A DNA stretch of 64,000 bases, taken from the NCBI GenBank assembly GCA_027050205.1, contig JALUCS010000097.1:17195-81194 (forward strand). Direction: 5' to 3'. The notes below the pieces were generated by a model. The model was not told the origin of the DNA. It worked only from the letters and a program-made list of their open reading frames with translations, and searched no databases. This DNA comes from a candidate division WOR-3 bacterium. GTDB lineage: Bacteria > Hydrothermota > Hydrothermia > LBFQ01. This document shows, one piece after another, positions 29,401 through 39,300 of the stretch. Numbering within the stretch: the stretch's first letter is position 1; each line of letters opens with the position of its first letter. The translations under genes and the position numbers were made by a program.

Positions 29401-29864
29401 TTCAGGAGAACTTCGTCCGGATCCTTCCCCTCAATTAGACGCATGTACTCCTTCCACATACACCTGTCCTGAACCACTATCAGGCCCCTCTCAACCAAGG
29501 GGGCGACCGCCTCGTCGTTCCTTATACCCTCCTGAAGCCAGAAGACCTTCACGTCCCCCCTCTCGTCCAACCTCTTGAGGACGTCCTCCACCACCTCCGG
29601 TATGGCATGCGGAGGCCTGAAGACGTCCACCCAGTCCACCTGCCCCGGTATGGCGGAGACCTTCGGGTAGGACTTCCGTCCGAGGATCTTGTCTATGGTG
29701 GGATTTACGGGTATTATGTTGTACCTCTTACCGATGAAGAAACGGGGGACCTTGTGGGCGGGTTTCTCCCTGTTCTTGGAGAAGCCGACGACGGCGATGT
29801 TCCTGTACTTGTGGAAGAGTTCCCTTATAACGTCGTCCGGGGGGTTTTCAAACCTGACGGCCAT
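29397..29864 (-). CDS. CoA-binding protein (YccU-like)
   Basis: IAVVGFS, IPVNP, VDWVDVFRP and WLQEGI motifs. Confidence 0.88.
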   Translation of the reverse strand: MAVRFENPPDDVIRELFHKYRNIAVVGFSKNREKPAHKVPRFFIGKRYNIIPVNPTIDKILGRKSYPKVSAIPGQVDWVDVFRPPHAIPEVVEDVLKRLDERGDVKVFWLQEGIRNDEAVAPLVERGLIVVQDRCMWKEYMRLIEGKDPDEVLLK

Positions 29865-29874
29865 AGTGGGGATT

Positions 29875-31335
29875 CTACGGCCGACCCCTCTTCCTCCGGA
29901 AGCCTCTCCGCTTGAACCTCCTGCGGTACCCTCCCCATCTACCTAAGAGCAGGGATGCCAAACGGCGGATACGGTAGTAGGCCTTGGCTATCGGGGATAC
30001 TCCAGTCGGACGTATCACCGGCCTGACCTCCTCCACCTCCGCCCCAATCTCCACCTCCACCGACGGGGACTTCCTTATCCCTATCCTCTGGGAGGGATAT
30101 ACGCTCCTGTGTCCCGTGATGAGAAAGCTGATTACGCTAACTATGGCGGCGTACGGCCCTATCTTAGGCCCGAATATCTCTATGGCCATTATGCTGGCCG
30201 AAATGGGGGTGTTGGCGGCGCCGGCCAGTACCCCTACGAAGCCGAGGGCGGCGAAGATCCTCCTGTTGAGGTTGAGGAGCTGGGCGAAGAGGACCCCAGA
30301 GGTACTCCCTACGAAGAAGAGGGGCGTCACTATCCCACCGCTACCACCGGAGGCGAGGGTTATGCTGGTGAAGATGGACTTGAGGAGGAAATCGTAGGGC
30401 TTGGCCTCTCCAACCACGAGGGCGTCGTGGATCCTGTCAAGGCCGAGGCCGAGGTAATCGTCGGAAAAGATGAGGGTTAGGGCTATCAGCACCGCCCCAC
30501 CGAAGATGGCCTTATATACGTCCTTCCAGCGGAGTTTGTGGAAAAATGCCTCCGTAAGACGGAGTATCTCTATAAAGATGACGGCGATTATGCCAAAGAA
30601 TATGCCGGCGAGGACGCTGTAGGTCAGGAAGTGGGTGATGGATGGGACGTAGAAGCTTAGGGGGAAGTACTCGTAGGATATGCCGAAGGTCCGGGCGGTC
30701 TGGTATGCCACTATACCGGAGACGAAGGAGGGTAGTATCACCTCGTACATTACACTCCCAAGGAAGAGGACCTCCATACCGAATAGGGCGCCCGATATGG
30801 GGGTGCCGAAGATGGAGGCGAAGCCAGCGCTTATGCCGCAGACGACTATCTTCTTCCTGTCCGTATCGCTGAAGCGGAGGAAGTCGGCGAAAAGGGAGGC
30901 TATACCCGCACCGATCTGGGCGGCCGGCCCCTCCTTACCTACGGATCCTCCCGCTCCGAGGGTTACGACGGTGGCGGCGAGCTTCACCGGTACGACCTTG
31001 ACGTCTATCTTCCCGTTCCTCTTGTGTATGGCCTCTATGACCTTCTCCGTACCGTGTCCCTCGGCCTCCGGGGCGAGGTACTTTATCGTCAGTTTGCTGA
31101 TGAGGATGGCGATGGGGAGGAGGAGGTAGTAGTACTGGACGTCGGCGTGAAGGGAGATGGTTATGTCCAAGGTCTTTAGGAAGAGGGTAGTTGATATGCC
31201 AACGAGTACACCGACGATGGTGGCGAGGAAGATCCACTTGATGACGCTGAAGAAGAGGACGACCTCTTCAAAGAAGACGATCTCAAGTTCCTCCTTGATT
31301 ATATCCTTCAGATGTTCGTTCTCTTTATTCCTCAT
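29875..31335 (-). CDS. ClC-family chloride channel/H+ antiporter
   Basis: EGHGTE, GKEGP, AGFASIFGTP and SGGIVTP motifs; ATG 31335 with GGAAGGGGG SD preferred over TTG 31356. Confidence 0.9.
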   Translation of the reverse strand: MRNKENEHLKDIIKEELEIVFFEEVVLFFSVIKWIFLATIVGVLVGISTTLFLKTLDITISLHADVQYYYLLLPIAILISKLTIKYLAPEAEGHGTEKVIEAIHKRNGKIDVKVVPVKLAATVVTLGAGGSVGKEGPAAQIGAGIASLFADFLRFSDTDRKKIVVCGISAGFASIFGTPISGALFGMEVLFLGSVMYEVILPSFVSGIVAYQTARTFGISYEYFPLSFYVPSITHFLTYSVLAGIFFGIIAVIFIEILRLTEAFFHKLRWKDVYKAIFGGAVLIALTLIFSDDYLGLGLDRIHDALVVGEAKPYDFLLKSIFTSITLASGGSGGIVTPLFFVGSTSGVLFAQLLNLNRRIFAALGFVGVLAGAANTPISASIMAIEIFGPKIGPYAAIVSVISFLITGHRSVYPSQRIGIRKSPSVEVEIGAEVEEVRPVIRPTGVSPIAKAYYRIRRLASLLLGRWGGYRRRFKRRGFRRKRGRP

Positions 31336-31582
31336 TACCCCCTTCCAAGGGGGCAATTCTACCCCCGACGGGAGAACCGTCCCCTACTGCATACCGTACC
31401 TTCGCTCATCCAACGTTCTTTAGAACCGGCAAGCAACCCACAGTCCAGCAACTCCCTATTGAGCTTCAGATTCTATCTAAATTACTAATTCGTTCAAAAA
31501 TTATCCTATTTACGATACTTGAAAATTGTTATCAACTTTCACTTGTTGCGGAAACCATATCACCGTTATAATATCCCCGCAT

Positions 31583-33058
31583 ATGATCAGAAAGATCGTT
31601 TCCTACGTTATCATAGGTTCTGGAGTGTTCTTGGCGGTGATTCCACCCTTAAACGCCCAGCTGTGTCCGTCCAGTTGCCCTACTTCCATAGTGAGCGATA
31701 CCTTGAGATTCTGCAGATGTACCATCTATATCGGAGACTCGGCGGACAGGGTCCAACTCGTGACGGATAGATCGGTGACCATCGTGGACGTGGACGGGGA
31801 TGGCCTTAGGGATATACCCTTCGGGGTGTGGGCCTACGGCAACCAAGGAGCCTACGTCCTGAAGCAGACCTCTCCCGGAATTCCGGGTAGTTTTGTAGCC
31901 TATAGGATAAGCTCGCACCCCACCTACGGTATAACGACCATAGGGGACATAAACGGCGATAGCATAAAGGATTTCGCCATAGCAGGGCATTGGGCGAACT
32001 ACTCCGTGTATATGCTCCTATCCGACGGCACGTTCCCATCGTACTACGACACCCTCATACGCCGTCATACGGGTTCGCACAACGACCCCAACAGCATCGT
32101 TGGACACGGAGGATTGATATACTGGAGCGCCTACGACGGTAGTATAAGCTTCTACAACGCCTATACCAACACCCTTGTAGTAAGGAACGACAGCCTCTGC
32201 GGTGACGGGGTGGCCTTCGGCGACTTCAACGGGGACGGGTACGAGGACGCAGCTTGCAGCAATCGGGGATGGCCGAGATCCAACCATGGGATTTACCTGT
32301 ACTACTTTGACGGCTCGTCCTTTTACACTGCTGATACGGTGGATACGACGAGGAAGTGGCAGGGTATATTGGCCTACGATATAAACGGGGACGGGCTTTC
32401 GGATATCGTAGCAGTGGGAGAGGATGCCTCTATATGGTTCAATCGCGGCGGGTACTTTGAGGAGCTGAAGATAGATGATGATCTGTCTATAGGTAGTATT
32501 CCCTTCGCCCGTGTTAATATAGCCGACCTTGATTGCGATGGGGATATGGACATCGTTGCGGCTACGGCCTGCCCTCCCTCCGGTGGGGCCATACTCAAGT
32601 GGTACGAGCAGGTGGATACCACCACGTGGTTGATCCATCCCATAGACTTCGGAGGGAACGCCTGCTCCGGCACTGCCCCCTATCCCTACGGCGTCCGAGT
32701 CGGTCTCCTCAACGAGACCACGGATACGGGGAGGGCCGACATCGTCATAGTGAGGGGAAACCGGAATATCATTGAGGCGTACTACAACGTCTCACCCATA
32801 AACGCCTGTAAGCCTCTGGGCTGGGAGGGAGATCTCGGTATATCGGAAACCCGTCCCAATCCACGTTGGAACGTCGTCCCATCGCCGGACGGCATCACCG
32901 TTATGGCCGCACGTCCTATACGGGTTAAAATATACGACTCCGCCGGCCGGTTGCTGAAAGACGTTAGGGTGCCGAACGTTGCCCGCATACCTCTCCCTTC
33001 GGGGGTCTTCTTTGCCGTAGGCGAGGGGAGGGACGTCAGGAGGGTCGTCGTAAGGTAG
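31583..33058 (+). CDS. FG-GAP/VCBS-repeat protein with signal peptide and T9SS type A-like C-terminal domain; paralog of 22999..24504
   Basis: GDINGDS/GDFNGDG/ADLDCDGD repeats; IYDSAGRLL...GVFF...RRVVVR; ATG 31583 gives a classical signal peptide. Confidence 0.85.
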   Translation: MIRKIVSYVIIGSGVFLAVIPPLNAQLCPSSCPTSIVSDTLRFCRCTIYIGDSADRVQLVTDRSVTIVDVDGDGLRDIPFGVWAYGNQGAYVLKQTSPGIPGSFVAYRISSHPTYGITTIGDINGDSIKDFAIAGHWANYSVYMLLSDGTFPSYYDTLIRRHTGSHNDPNSIVGHGGLIYWSAYDGSISFYNAYTNTLVVRNDSLCGDGVAFGDFNGDGYEDAACSNRGWPRSNHGIYLYYFDGSSFYTADTVDTTRKWQGILAYDINGDGLSDIVAVGEDASIWFNRGGYFEELKIDDDLSIGSIPFARVNIADLDCDGDMDIVAATACPPSGGAILKWYEQVDTTTWLIHPIDFGGNACSGTAPYPYGVRVGLLNETTDTGRADIVIVRGNRNIIEAYYNVSPINACKPLGWEGDLGISETRPNPRWNVVPSPDGITVMAARPIRVKIYDSAGRLLKDVRVPNVARIPLPSGVFFAVGEGRDVRRVVVR

Positions 33059-33099
33059 CGTACCGGTATCCCCCGCCTCACCGCCGGTAGAATACCCCC

Positions 33100-33795
33100 G
33101 TGGAGTTGAAACCCAACCCCGGAAAGAGCCTAACCATAGACGTAAATGGGGAGGTGTGGGCGAGGTACCCCGTAAGGACTCATGTTATAAAACCCGGTGA
33201 GGACATAGTGGAGGTTGTGGCCCGGTACGTAAAGCCCCACCTCAAGGAGGGGGACATAGTCTTCGTGAGCGAGAAGATAGTCGCCATATCCCAGGGTAGG
33301 GCGTACCCCATAGACGAGATAAGGCCCTCCTTCTGGGCGCGCCTCCTCTCCCGCTTCGTGACGAAGAGTCCGTACGGCATAGGTCTGGGCAGCCCCTGGA
33401 CGATGGAGCTGGCCATAAGGGAGGCCGGCCTTCCCCGTATCCTCCTGGCCGCCTTTATCGCCGCCCTCACCAAACCCTTCGGCATCCGTGGCCTGTTCTA
33501 CAGGGTGGCTGGCAGGAACGTCTCGGCCATAGACGGCCCCACCCCCTACACCCTCCCCCCCTACAACCGCTACGCCAAGCTGCCACCGAAGGATCCGGAG
33601 GGTGTGGCCCGCAGAATATCCGAGAGGATAGATGCCCCCGTGGTTATAGTGGACGCCAACGACCTCGGCGTAGAGGCGCTGGGCATATCCCACCCTCAAA
33701 TATCTCCCGACTTCGTCAAGGCAGTCTTCAGGGACAACCCCCTCGGCCAGGCCTCCCAGCAGACCCCCCTCTGCATAGTTAGGCGGCTAAAGTGA
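33100..33795 (+). CDS. Coenzyme F420-0:L-glutamate ligase (CofE)-like protein
   Basis: THVIKPGEDI, GDIVFVSEKIVAISQGR, AIDG and IVDANDLG motifs; GTG 6 nt after TAGAAT. Confidence 0.75.
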   Translation: MELKPNPGKSLTIDVNGEVWARYPVRTHVIKPGEDIVEVVARYVKPHLKEGDIVFVSEKIVAISQGRAYPIDEIRPSFWARLLSRFVTKSPYGIGLGSPWTMELAIREAGLPRILLAAFIAALTKPFGIRGLFYRVAGRNVSAIDGPTPYTLPPYNRYAKLPPKDPEGVARRISERIDAPVVIVDANDLGVEALGISHPQISPDFVKAVFRDNPLGQASQQTPLCIVRRLK

Positions 33796-33834
33796 CCTCC
33801 CCGCACCTCCCTACAGGCTTATAATATCCACATC

Positions 33835-34470
33835 ATGGTAGAGACCTTGAGAGACCTGTTCGTACGCGGCGGCTTGATGATGTGGTTCATCCTCGCTGTC
33901 GCCCTTATCGCCACTGCCATCTCCATAGAGAGGTTCTACTCCCTATTCTGGAAAATTCGCGTCAATCCTATAAAACTCGTAGAGCAGGTGATAAAGATAA
34001 TAGAGGAGAAGGGCGTCAACGAGGCCATAGAGTTCCTCGCCAACCAGAAGAACCCCGTCGCCAAGGTCCTCGCCGCTGGCCTTGAGAAGGTAGGCAAGTC
34101 CAAGGTGGTGGTAGAGGAGGCTATGACCCGCAGGGCGATCCGCGAGCTGGCCTTCCTGGACCGTGGAATGATATACATCGCCGCATCCGTTACCCTCGCC
34201 CCCATCCTCGGGTTCTTGGGTACGGTCTCCGGAATGATCAACGCCTTTGACGCCATAGCCAAGGCCGGAGAGGTGGAGCCGACCGTCGTGGCCGCCGGTA
34301 TCTCCGAGGCTCTGATAACCACAGCCTTCGGTCTGATCGTGGCCGCTCCCTTCTCGCTCCTTTACGCGATCTTTATGGACAGGATCAACTCGTATCAGAG
34401 GCAGATAGAAGAGGCGGCCAACTTCCTCCTTGAGTACCTCGCCGAGGCGGGTATAGTCAGGGAGGCTTAG
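33835..34470 (+). CDS. exbB: MotA/TolQ/ExbB proton channel
   Basis: APILGFLGTVSGMINAF and AGISEALITTAFGL motifs. Confidence 0.93.
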   Translation: MVETLRDLFVRGGLMMWFILAVALIATAISIERFYSLFWKIRVNPIKLVEQVIKIIEEKGVNEAIEFLANQKNPVAKVLAAGLEKVGKSKVVVEEAMTRRAIRELAFLDRGMIYIAASVTLAPILGFLGTVSGMINAFDAIAKAGEVEPTVVAAGISEALITTAFGLIVAAPFSLLYAIFMDRINSYQRQIEEAANFLLEYLAEAGIVREA

Positions 34471-34471
34471 A

Positions 34472-34897
34472 ATGGCCATCATTCAACGGAAGAAGATGGA
34501 GGAGGAGGCTGAAATCCCGACGGCCTCCATGGCCGACATAGCCTTCCTCCTCATCATATTCTTCATGACCACGACCAACTTCGCACGGGAGAAGGGCCTC
34601 AAGTTCCTGCTACCGGAGAAGAAGGAGCAGCCGCAGGAGATAAAGATAGCCAAGAAGAACCTACTCAAGATATCCATCAACGACAGGGGGGAAGTATTCC
34701 TCAACGACGAGCAGGTAGACCCCAACCGCCTTGAGGAGGAGGTAAAGAGGCGCCTTCAGGAGAACAAGAAGCTGATAATCCTCATACGTACGCACGAGAA
34801 CGCCCCCTACGGGATGATGATCAAGGTATTTGACGCCGTAAAGGCCGCCGGAGGCAAGAAGGTCGGTCTCGGCGTAATAAAGGAGGAAGGGTCATGA
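34472..34897 (+). CDS. exbD: ExbD/TolR biopolymer transporter
   Basis: SMADIAFLLIIFFM with the conserved Asp. Confidence 0.92.
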   Translation: MAIIQRKKMEEEAEIPTASMADIAFLLIIFFMTTTNFAREKGLKFLLPEKKEQPQEIKIAKKNLLKISINDRGEVFLNDEQVDPNRLEEEVKRRLQENKKLIILIRTHENAPYGMMIKVFDAVKAAGGKKVGLGVIKEEGS

Positions 34898-35301
34898 AGC
34901 TGAAGCGGAAAAAGGAGATGAAGGCCCAGATACCGACGGCTTCCATGTCCGACATCGCGTTCCTCCTTATAATATTCTTCATGACCGTCACTGTGTTCCG
35001 GAAGTCGCAGGGCCTACCCGTCCAGCTACCCTTCGCCAAGACCACCGAGCGTATCCTCAAGCAGCGCGACCTCGCTTTCGTATGGATCGGGCGGAACGGT
35101 AAGGTGAGTGTGGACGACAACATAGTGCCGCCGGAGAAGGTGGCTATAATATTCCGTACCAAAGTTAGCGAGAACCCTACTTTGATAGTAGATATCAAGG
35201 CGGATCAGAACGTTAAGTACCGCTACGTGTATAAGGTTATGGAGGCCCTGCGGGAGGCCAACGCCCTAAGGGTGGTATTTGCTACGAGGAAGGGACAATG
35301 A
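34894..35301 (+). CDS. exbD: Second ExbD/TolR paralog
   Basis: SMSDIAFLLIIFFM and IKADQNVKY motifs. Confidence 0.92.
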   Translation: MKLKRKKEMKAQIPTASMSDIAFLLIIFFMTVTVFRKSQGLPVQLPFAKTTERILKQRDLAFVWIGRNGKVSVDDNIVPPEKVAIIFRTKVSENPTLIVDIKADQNVKYRYVYKVMEALREANALRVVFATRKGQ

Positions 35302-35957
35302 AGGAGAAGGACAAGAAGAGCCTTGTGAAGAAGATCTTCCTCGAGAGCGAGCTTGAGGAAGAGTATACGAGGGACCTTAACGTGGCCTTCACTCTATCTC
35401 TGCTTCTGGCCATAGGGGCTTTCCTCTTCGTAAAGGGTTGTAAGATGGAAAGCTACAAGCCTAAGAAGGCTCAAGAGACCGTCCTTGAGCAGATAGACAT
35501 CCAGACCCAATTTGAGGAGCCACCGCCTCCACCTCCGAAGCCCAAGGTGGCCCTGCCGGAGGAGGTGGAAGAGGTGGAGAGCGAGGCCGAACAGGACACC
35601 ATAAACATAGCCGAGACGGTGGAGTTTGACGAGGATAAGGAACCTCCTCCGCCCCCTCCTCCGAAGGTGTTTGAGGTTTTTGACGTGGACGAACCTCCGG
35701 AGCCGGTTGTGAACGTCCAGCCGGAGTACCCGGAGATAGCCCGTCAGGCCGGTCTTGAGGGCAAGGTGTTGGTGGAGGCCGTGATAGACGAGAACGGGAA
35801 CGTGATAGACGCCCGCATAAAGTACTCCGACAACGAGATCTTCAACGACGCCGCCCTAGCCGCCATGCGCAAGATGAAGTTCAAGCCGGCGAAACAGAAG
35901 GGCATACCCGTAAAGGTGAGGATAATACAGCCCTTCATCTTCAAGCTAAGGAGGTAA
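35298..35957 (+). CDS. tonB: Energy transducer TonB
   Basis: N-terminal TM, poly-Pro spacer, C-terminal PEYPEIARQAGLEGKV...FKPAKQKG domain. Confidence 0.93.
   Translation: MKEKDKKSLVKKIFLESELEEEYTRDLNVAFTLSLLLAIGAFLFVKGCKMESYKPKKAQETVLEQIDIQTQFEEPPPPPPKPKVALPEEVEEVESEAEQDTINIAETVEFDEDKEPPPPPPPKVFEVFDVDEPPEPVVNVQPEYPEIARQAGLEGKVLVEAVIDENGNVIDARIKYSDNEIFNDAALAAMRKMKFKPAKQKGIPVKVRIIQPFIFKLRR
35751..35866 (+). repeat. 116-bp direct repeat, copy 1 (TonB CTD core); copy 2 at 36147..36262
   Basis: Copies identical except GTG vs ATC at one codon (2 mismatches by eye). Confidence 0.9.
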
Positions 35958-35960
35958 AAC

Positions 35961-36368
35961 ATGAGGCGCTTCTTAATAGGGCTTCTGGCCCTGACGATAA
36001 GCATACCATCCTTCGCGGTGTATGCCGCGAAGCAGCAGAGTGCAGGTAGGTCCGGTGCCACGGTTTTGGGAGCCGACGAGGTGGATAAGGCGCCGGAGGT
36101 CATACACTACGTTGCCCCAAAGTATCCGAAAGCGGCACTTGAAAAAGGTCTTGAGGGCAAGGTGTTGGTGGAGGCCATCATAGACGAGAACGGGAACGTG
36201 ATAGACGCCCGCATAAAGTACTCCGACAACGAGATCTTCAACGACGCCGCCCTAGCCGCCATCAAGCAGACGAAGTTCAAGCCCGCCCTGGTGAACGGCC
36301 ACCCCGTCAAGGTCAAGATAACCGTACCCTTCGTATTTAGGCTGAAGGAGAACGGGGAGAGTAAATGA
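35961..36368 (+). CDS. Stand-alone TonB C-terminal domain protein with signal peptide
   Basis: MRRFLIGLLALTISIPSFA signal; no Pro-rich spacer; CTD nearly identical to the upstream TonB. Confidence 0.85.
   Translation: MRRFLIGLLALTISIPSFAVYAAKQQSAGRSGATVLGADEVDKAPEVIHYVAPKYPKAALEKGLEGKVLVEAIIDENGNVIDARIKYSDNEIFNDAALAAIKQTKFKPALVNGHPVKVKITVPFVFRLKENGESK
36147..36262 (+). repeat. 116-bp direct repeat, copy 2
   Basis: Matches 35751..35866. Confidence 0.9.
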
Positions 36369-36393
36369 GAGGCTTTTAAAGAAGGAGGCGAAT

Positions 36394-39300
36394 ATGAAAC
36401 GTTTCTTAGCGGGACTCTTTGGCCTGCTTGTGGCCCTACCGCTCTTCGGACAGTACGGAAAGATAGCGGGTAGGGTAGTCAGCGCCGAAAGTGGCGAGCC
36501 GATACCGGCCGCCGTCGTCAGGATCGTGAGCGGTCCTGCCAAGGGCGGGACCTACGCGGACGAGAACGGGTACTACGTCCTCTTGAGGCTCCCCCCCGGA
36601 ACCTACACCCTTGAGGCCAGAGCCATAGGGTACAAGCCACAGATAGTGAAGAACGTTGTGGTAGATGCCGACCACACCACCGAAGTCAACTTCAGCCTCC
36701 CCTCCAAGGCCATCAAGGTCAAGGCGGTGGTCGTAGAGGCGAAGGAGAAGATCATAAAGAAAGACGAAACGGAGAGCAAGGCCGTAGTAAAAGGTGAAAA
36801 CATTCAGAACATACCCGTCGCCTCACTGGAGCAGGCCATATCGCTCTCCTCCGGTGTCAGGGTCAGCGGCGGTGTGATACAGGTGCGCGGTGGTCGTCCC
36901 GGTGAGGTGTCCTACGTCGTAGACGGTGTGGAGGTAACGGATCCCTACACCGGGTACCAGAGCGTAGACCTCCCCCTGAACGCCATTCAGGAGGCCTCCG
37001 TCAGTAAGGGTGGCTTCGGTGCCGAGTACGGTTCCGCCTCCTCCGGTGTGATACAGGTCGCCACCCGTGAGGGTACCGACAAGTACGAGTTCTCCCTCCA
37101 GCTCTTCTCCAGCGTCGGAATGGGCGGCTTCTTCAATACGAACGTGGGCGACCCCTACATGAAGTACTTCCAGCCCCCCTACTTCTACGGTGGAGACAAG
37201 TACAAGAAGAGCGCCACCCAGACCGGTACCGAGTACTGGAAGGAGCTGGTGAGTTTTGATGAAAATAGGGCGAAAGTTTATCAGGATAATGTGGATGAAT
37301 TTTCCAAAAAGGACCCCTACTTTGCCGACTTCGCCACCTACTTCGTTGGCAGGGATTACTTCAAATATCCCTGGCGGGAGAACTACTTCCGGCCCATAAT
37401 CGGTATAGGTGGTCCCATCCTTCCCTTCTACGACGCCCTTCGTTTCTACCTCTCCTACGATTACACCACCACCCAAGGGACATTCCAAAACAGCATGAGA
37501 AAGGAAGGCTCCTACCAGTTCAAGATCTCGTGGTTCGTCACTCCTAAGGTCAAGCTCTTCTTCGGAAGCGTAGGTACGGACGGTGAGTACGCCTTCGGTT
37601 TCCGACCCGACTGGAGGCTCCTACTCCGCCGCCTGCCTGTCATAGAGTCCAAGAACAGGCAGTTCGCTGCTGGGGTCAACTACGCCCCCAGCCCCAAGTC
37701 CTACCTTGAACTCAGGTTTGGATACTTCAACACCTACCGCCTCTATCTGCCCTTCATAGACATAGACATGGACGGGGTCGCGGACTTCACGGATCGCGAC
37801 GGTGACCTCCTCGTTGAGGTGGACCCCGACATGCTCAAGCTCATCGGTCGCGCCCTTGATCCCAACCTCATCCACGAGGACAAAGGCGATTGGGTAGAGC
37901 TTCGTACCTTCTGGTGGGAGACCCCTCCGCAGGGTTATTACCCCACCTTCGTTAAAGGAACAAAGAAACAGAACTACTACCTCGGCGTGGTTAAGGGTAC
38001 GAACGACACCGTCCTCATAGCCTACGGCGATACCCTCTACGATAGCAACGGCAACCCCGTGGAGGTTGATACTGTTTTCCGGGTTAAGAACTGCTACGTC
38101 CCTGCTGAAGGTAAAGTTAAGGCCTGCACTACTAAGATTGCCTTCTCCAATCTCTACACCCCCGAACCCTACACGTGGCCGAGATGGGTCTTCTACACTC
38201 GCAACACGAAGACCTGGAGTACCCGTCTGGACTTCCTCTCGCAGGATCCCTTCGGCCTTAAAGGACACGAGTTCAAGACGGGGTTTGAGTTTTACAAGTA
38301 CGACATAAAGCAGACGGACGTTGACTACGCCTCCGGTGGAAACATCTACATGGACTTAGTAGATGCCCAACCCTACAAGGGGGCGTACTACATCCGCGAT
38401 AAGATGGAGTTTGAGGGCTTCATAGCCAACGTGGGCTTCCGGTTTGACTACTACAACCCCAACGCCTGGGTGCCGGGTGACTTCCTGAACCCCGTAAAGG
38501 ACCTGAACCTTGCCCAGATGGGACCGATATTCAACAGAGACTCCTCCTGGTGGTATCACGACAAGACTACAAGGGACACCTTCTTCCTCCGGGATCCCAA
38601 GAGGGTAAGCCCCACCTTCTACGTTAGCCCCCGTATCGGTATATCCCACCCTATATCCGAAAACGACGTTCTCCACTTCACCTACGGCCACTACTTCCAG
38701 GTGCCGAGACTCCGGTGGCTCTTCTCCAACCAGTACTGGTTCTTCACGGGTGCCTTCAACATAATAGGTAATCCATCCCTCAAGCCTGAGAAGACCATAT
38801 CCTACGAGGTCGGTATAAAGCACGCCTTCACACCCTACACCGTCATAGACGTAACGGCCTTCTACAAGGACATAGCCGACCTCGTGCAGAGTAAGTGGAT
38901 ATACATCGGAAACACCGGGTGGCAGTACACTACCTTCGTGAACCAGGACTTCGGCTCCGTCAGGGGCGTTGAGGTGAACTTCACCAAGACCCCCGGCGGA
39001 AACAACCCCTACCTCCGCTTCCTCACCCTCAACATAGCATACACCCTGCAGTTCGCTAAGGCCAGCTTCGCCAACCAGTACGCCCTCTACGCCCTCACCT
39101 GGCTGGGTATAGCCCCGGAGTACGCCGAGGAACATTACGTAAGCTGGGATCAGAGGCACGTCATAAACGCCGTGGTGTCCTACGATATTCCTCTCATCAG
39201 GAAGAACCTCCGTATGCAGTTCTTAACGGGTTACGGTACTTCGCTGATATACTCCTTCGGTACGGGTACCCCTTGGTCCCCTCCGCTGCGTAGCCCTCGC

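Noticed and set aside
31336-31520. Fluoride riboswitch or SD-sequestering hairpin upstream of the ClC gene
   Set aside because: No crcB-motif consensus; the channel has GKEGP rather than the ClC-F GNNLI/GREGT signatures; the CCCCC/GGGGG hairpin straddles the likely TSS so may not form.
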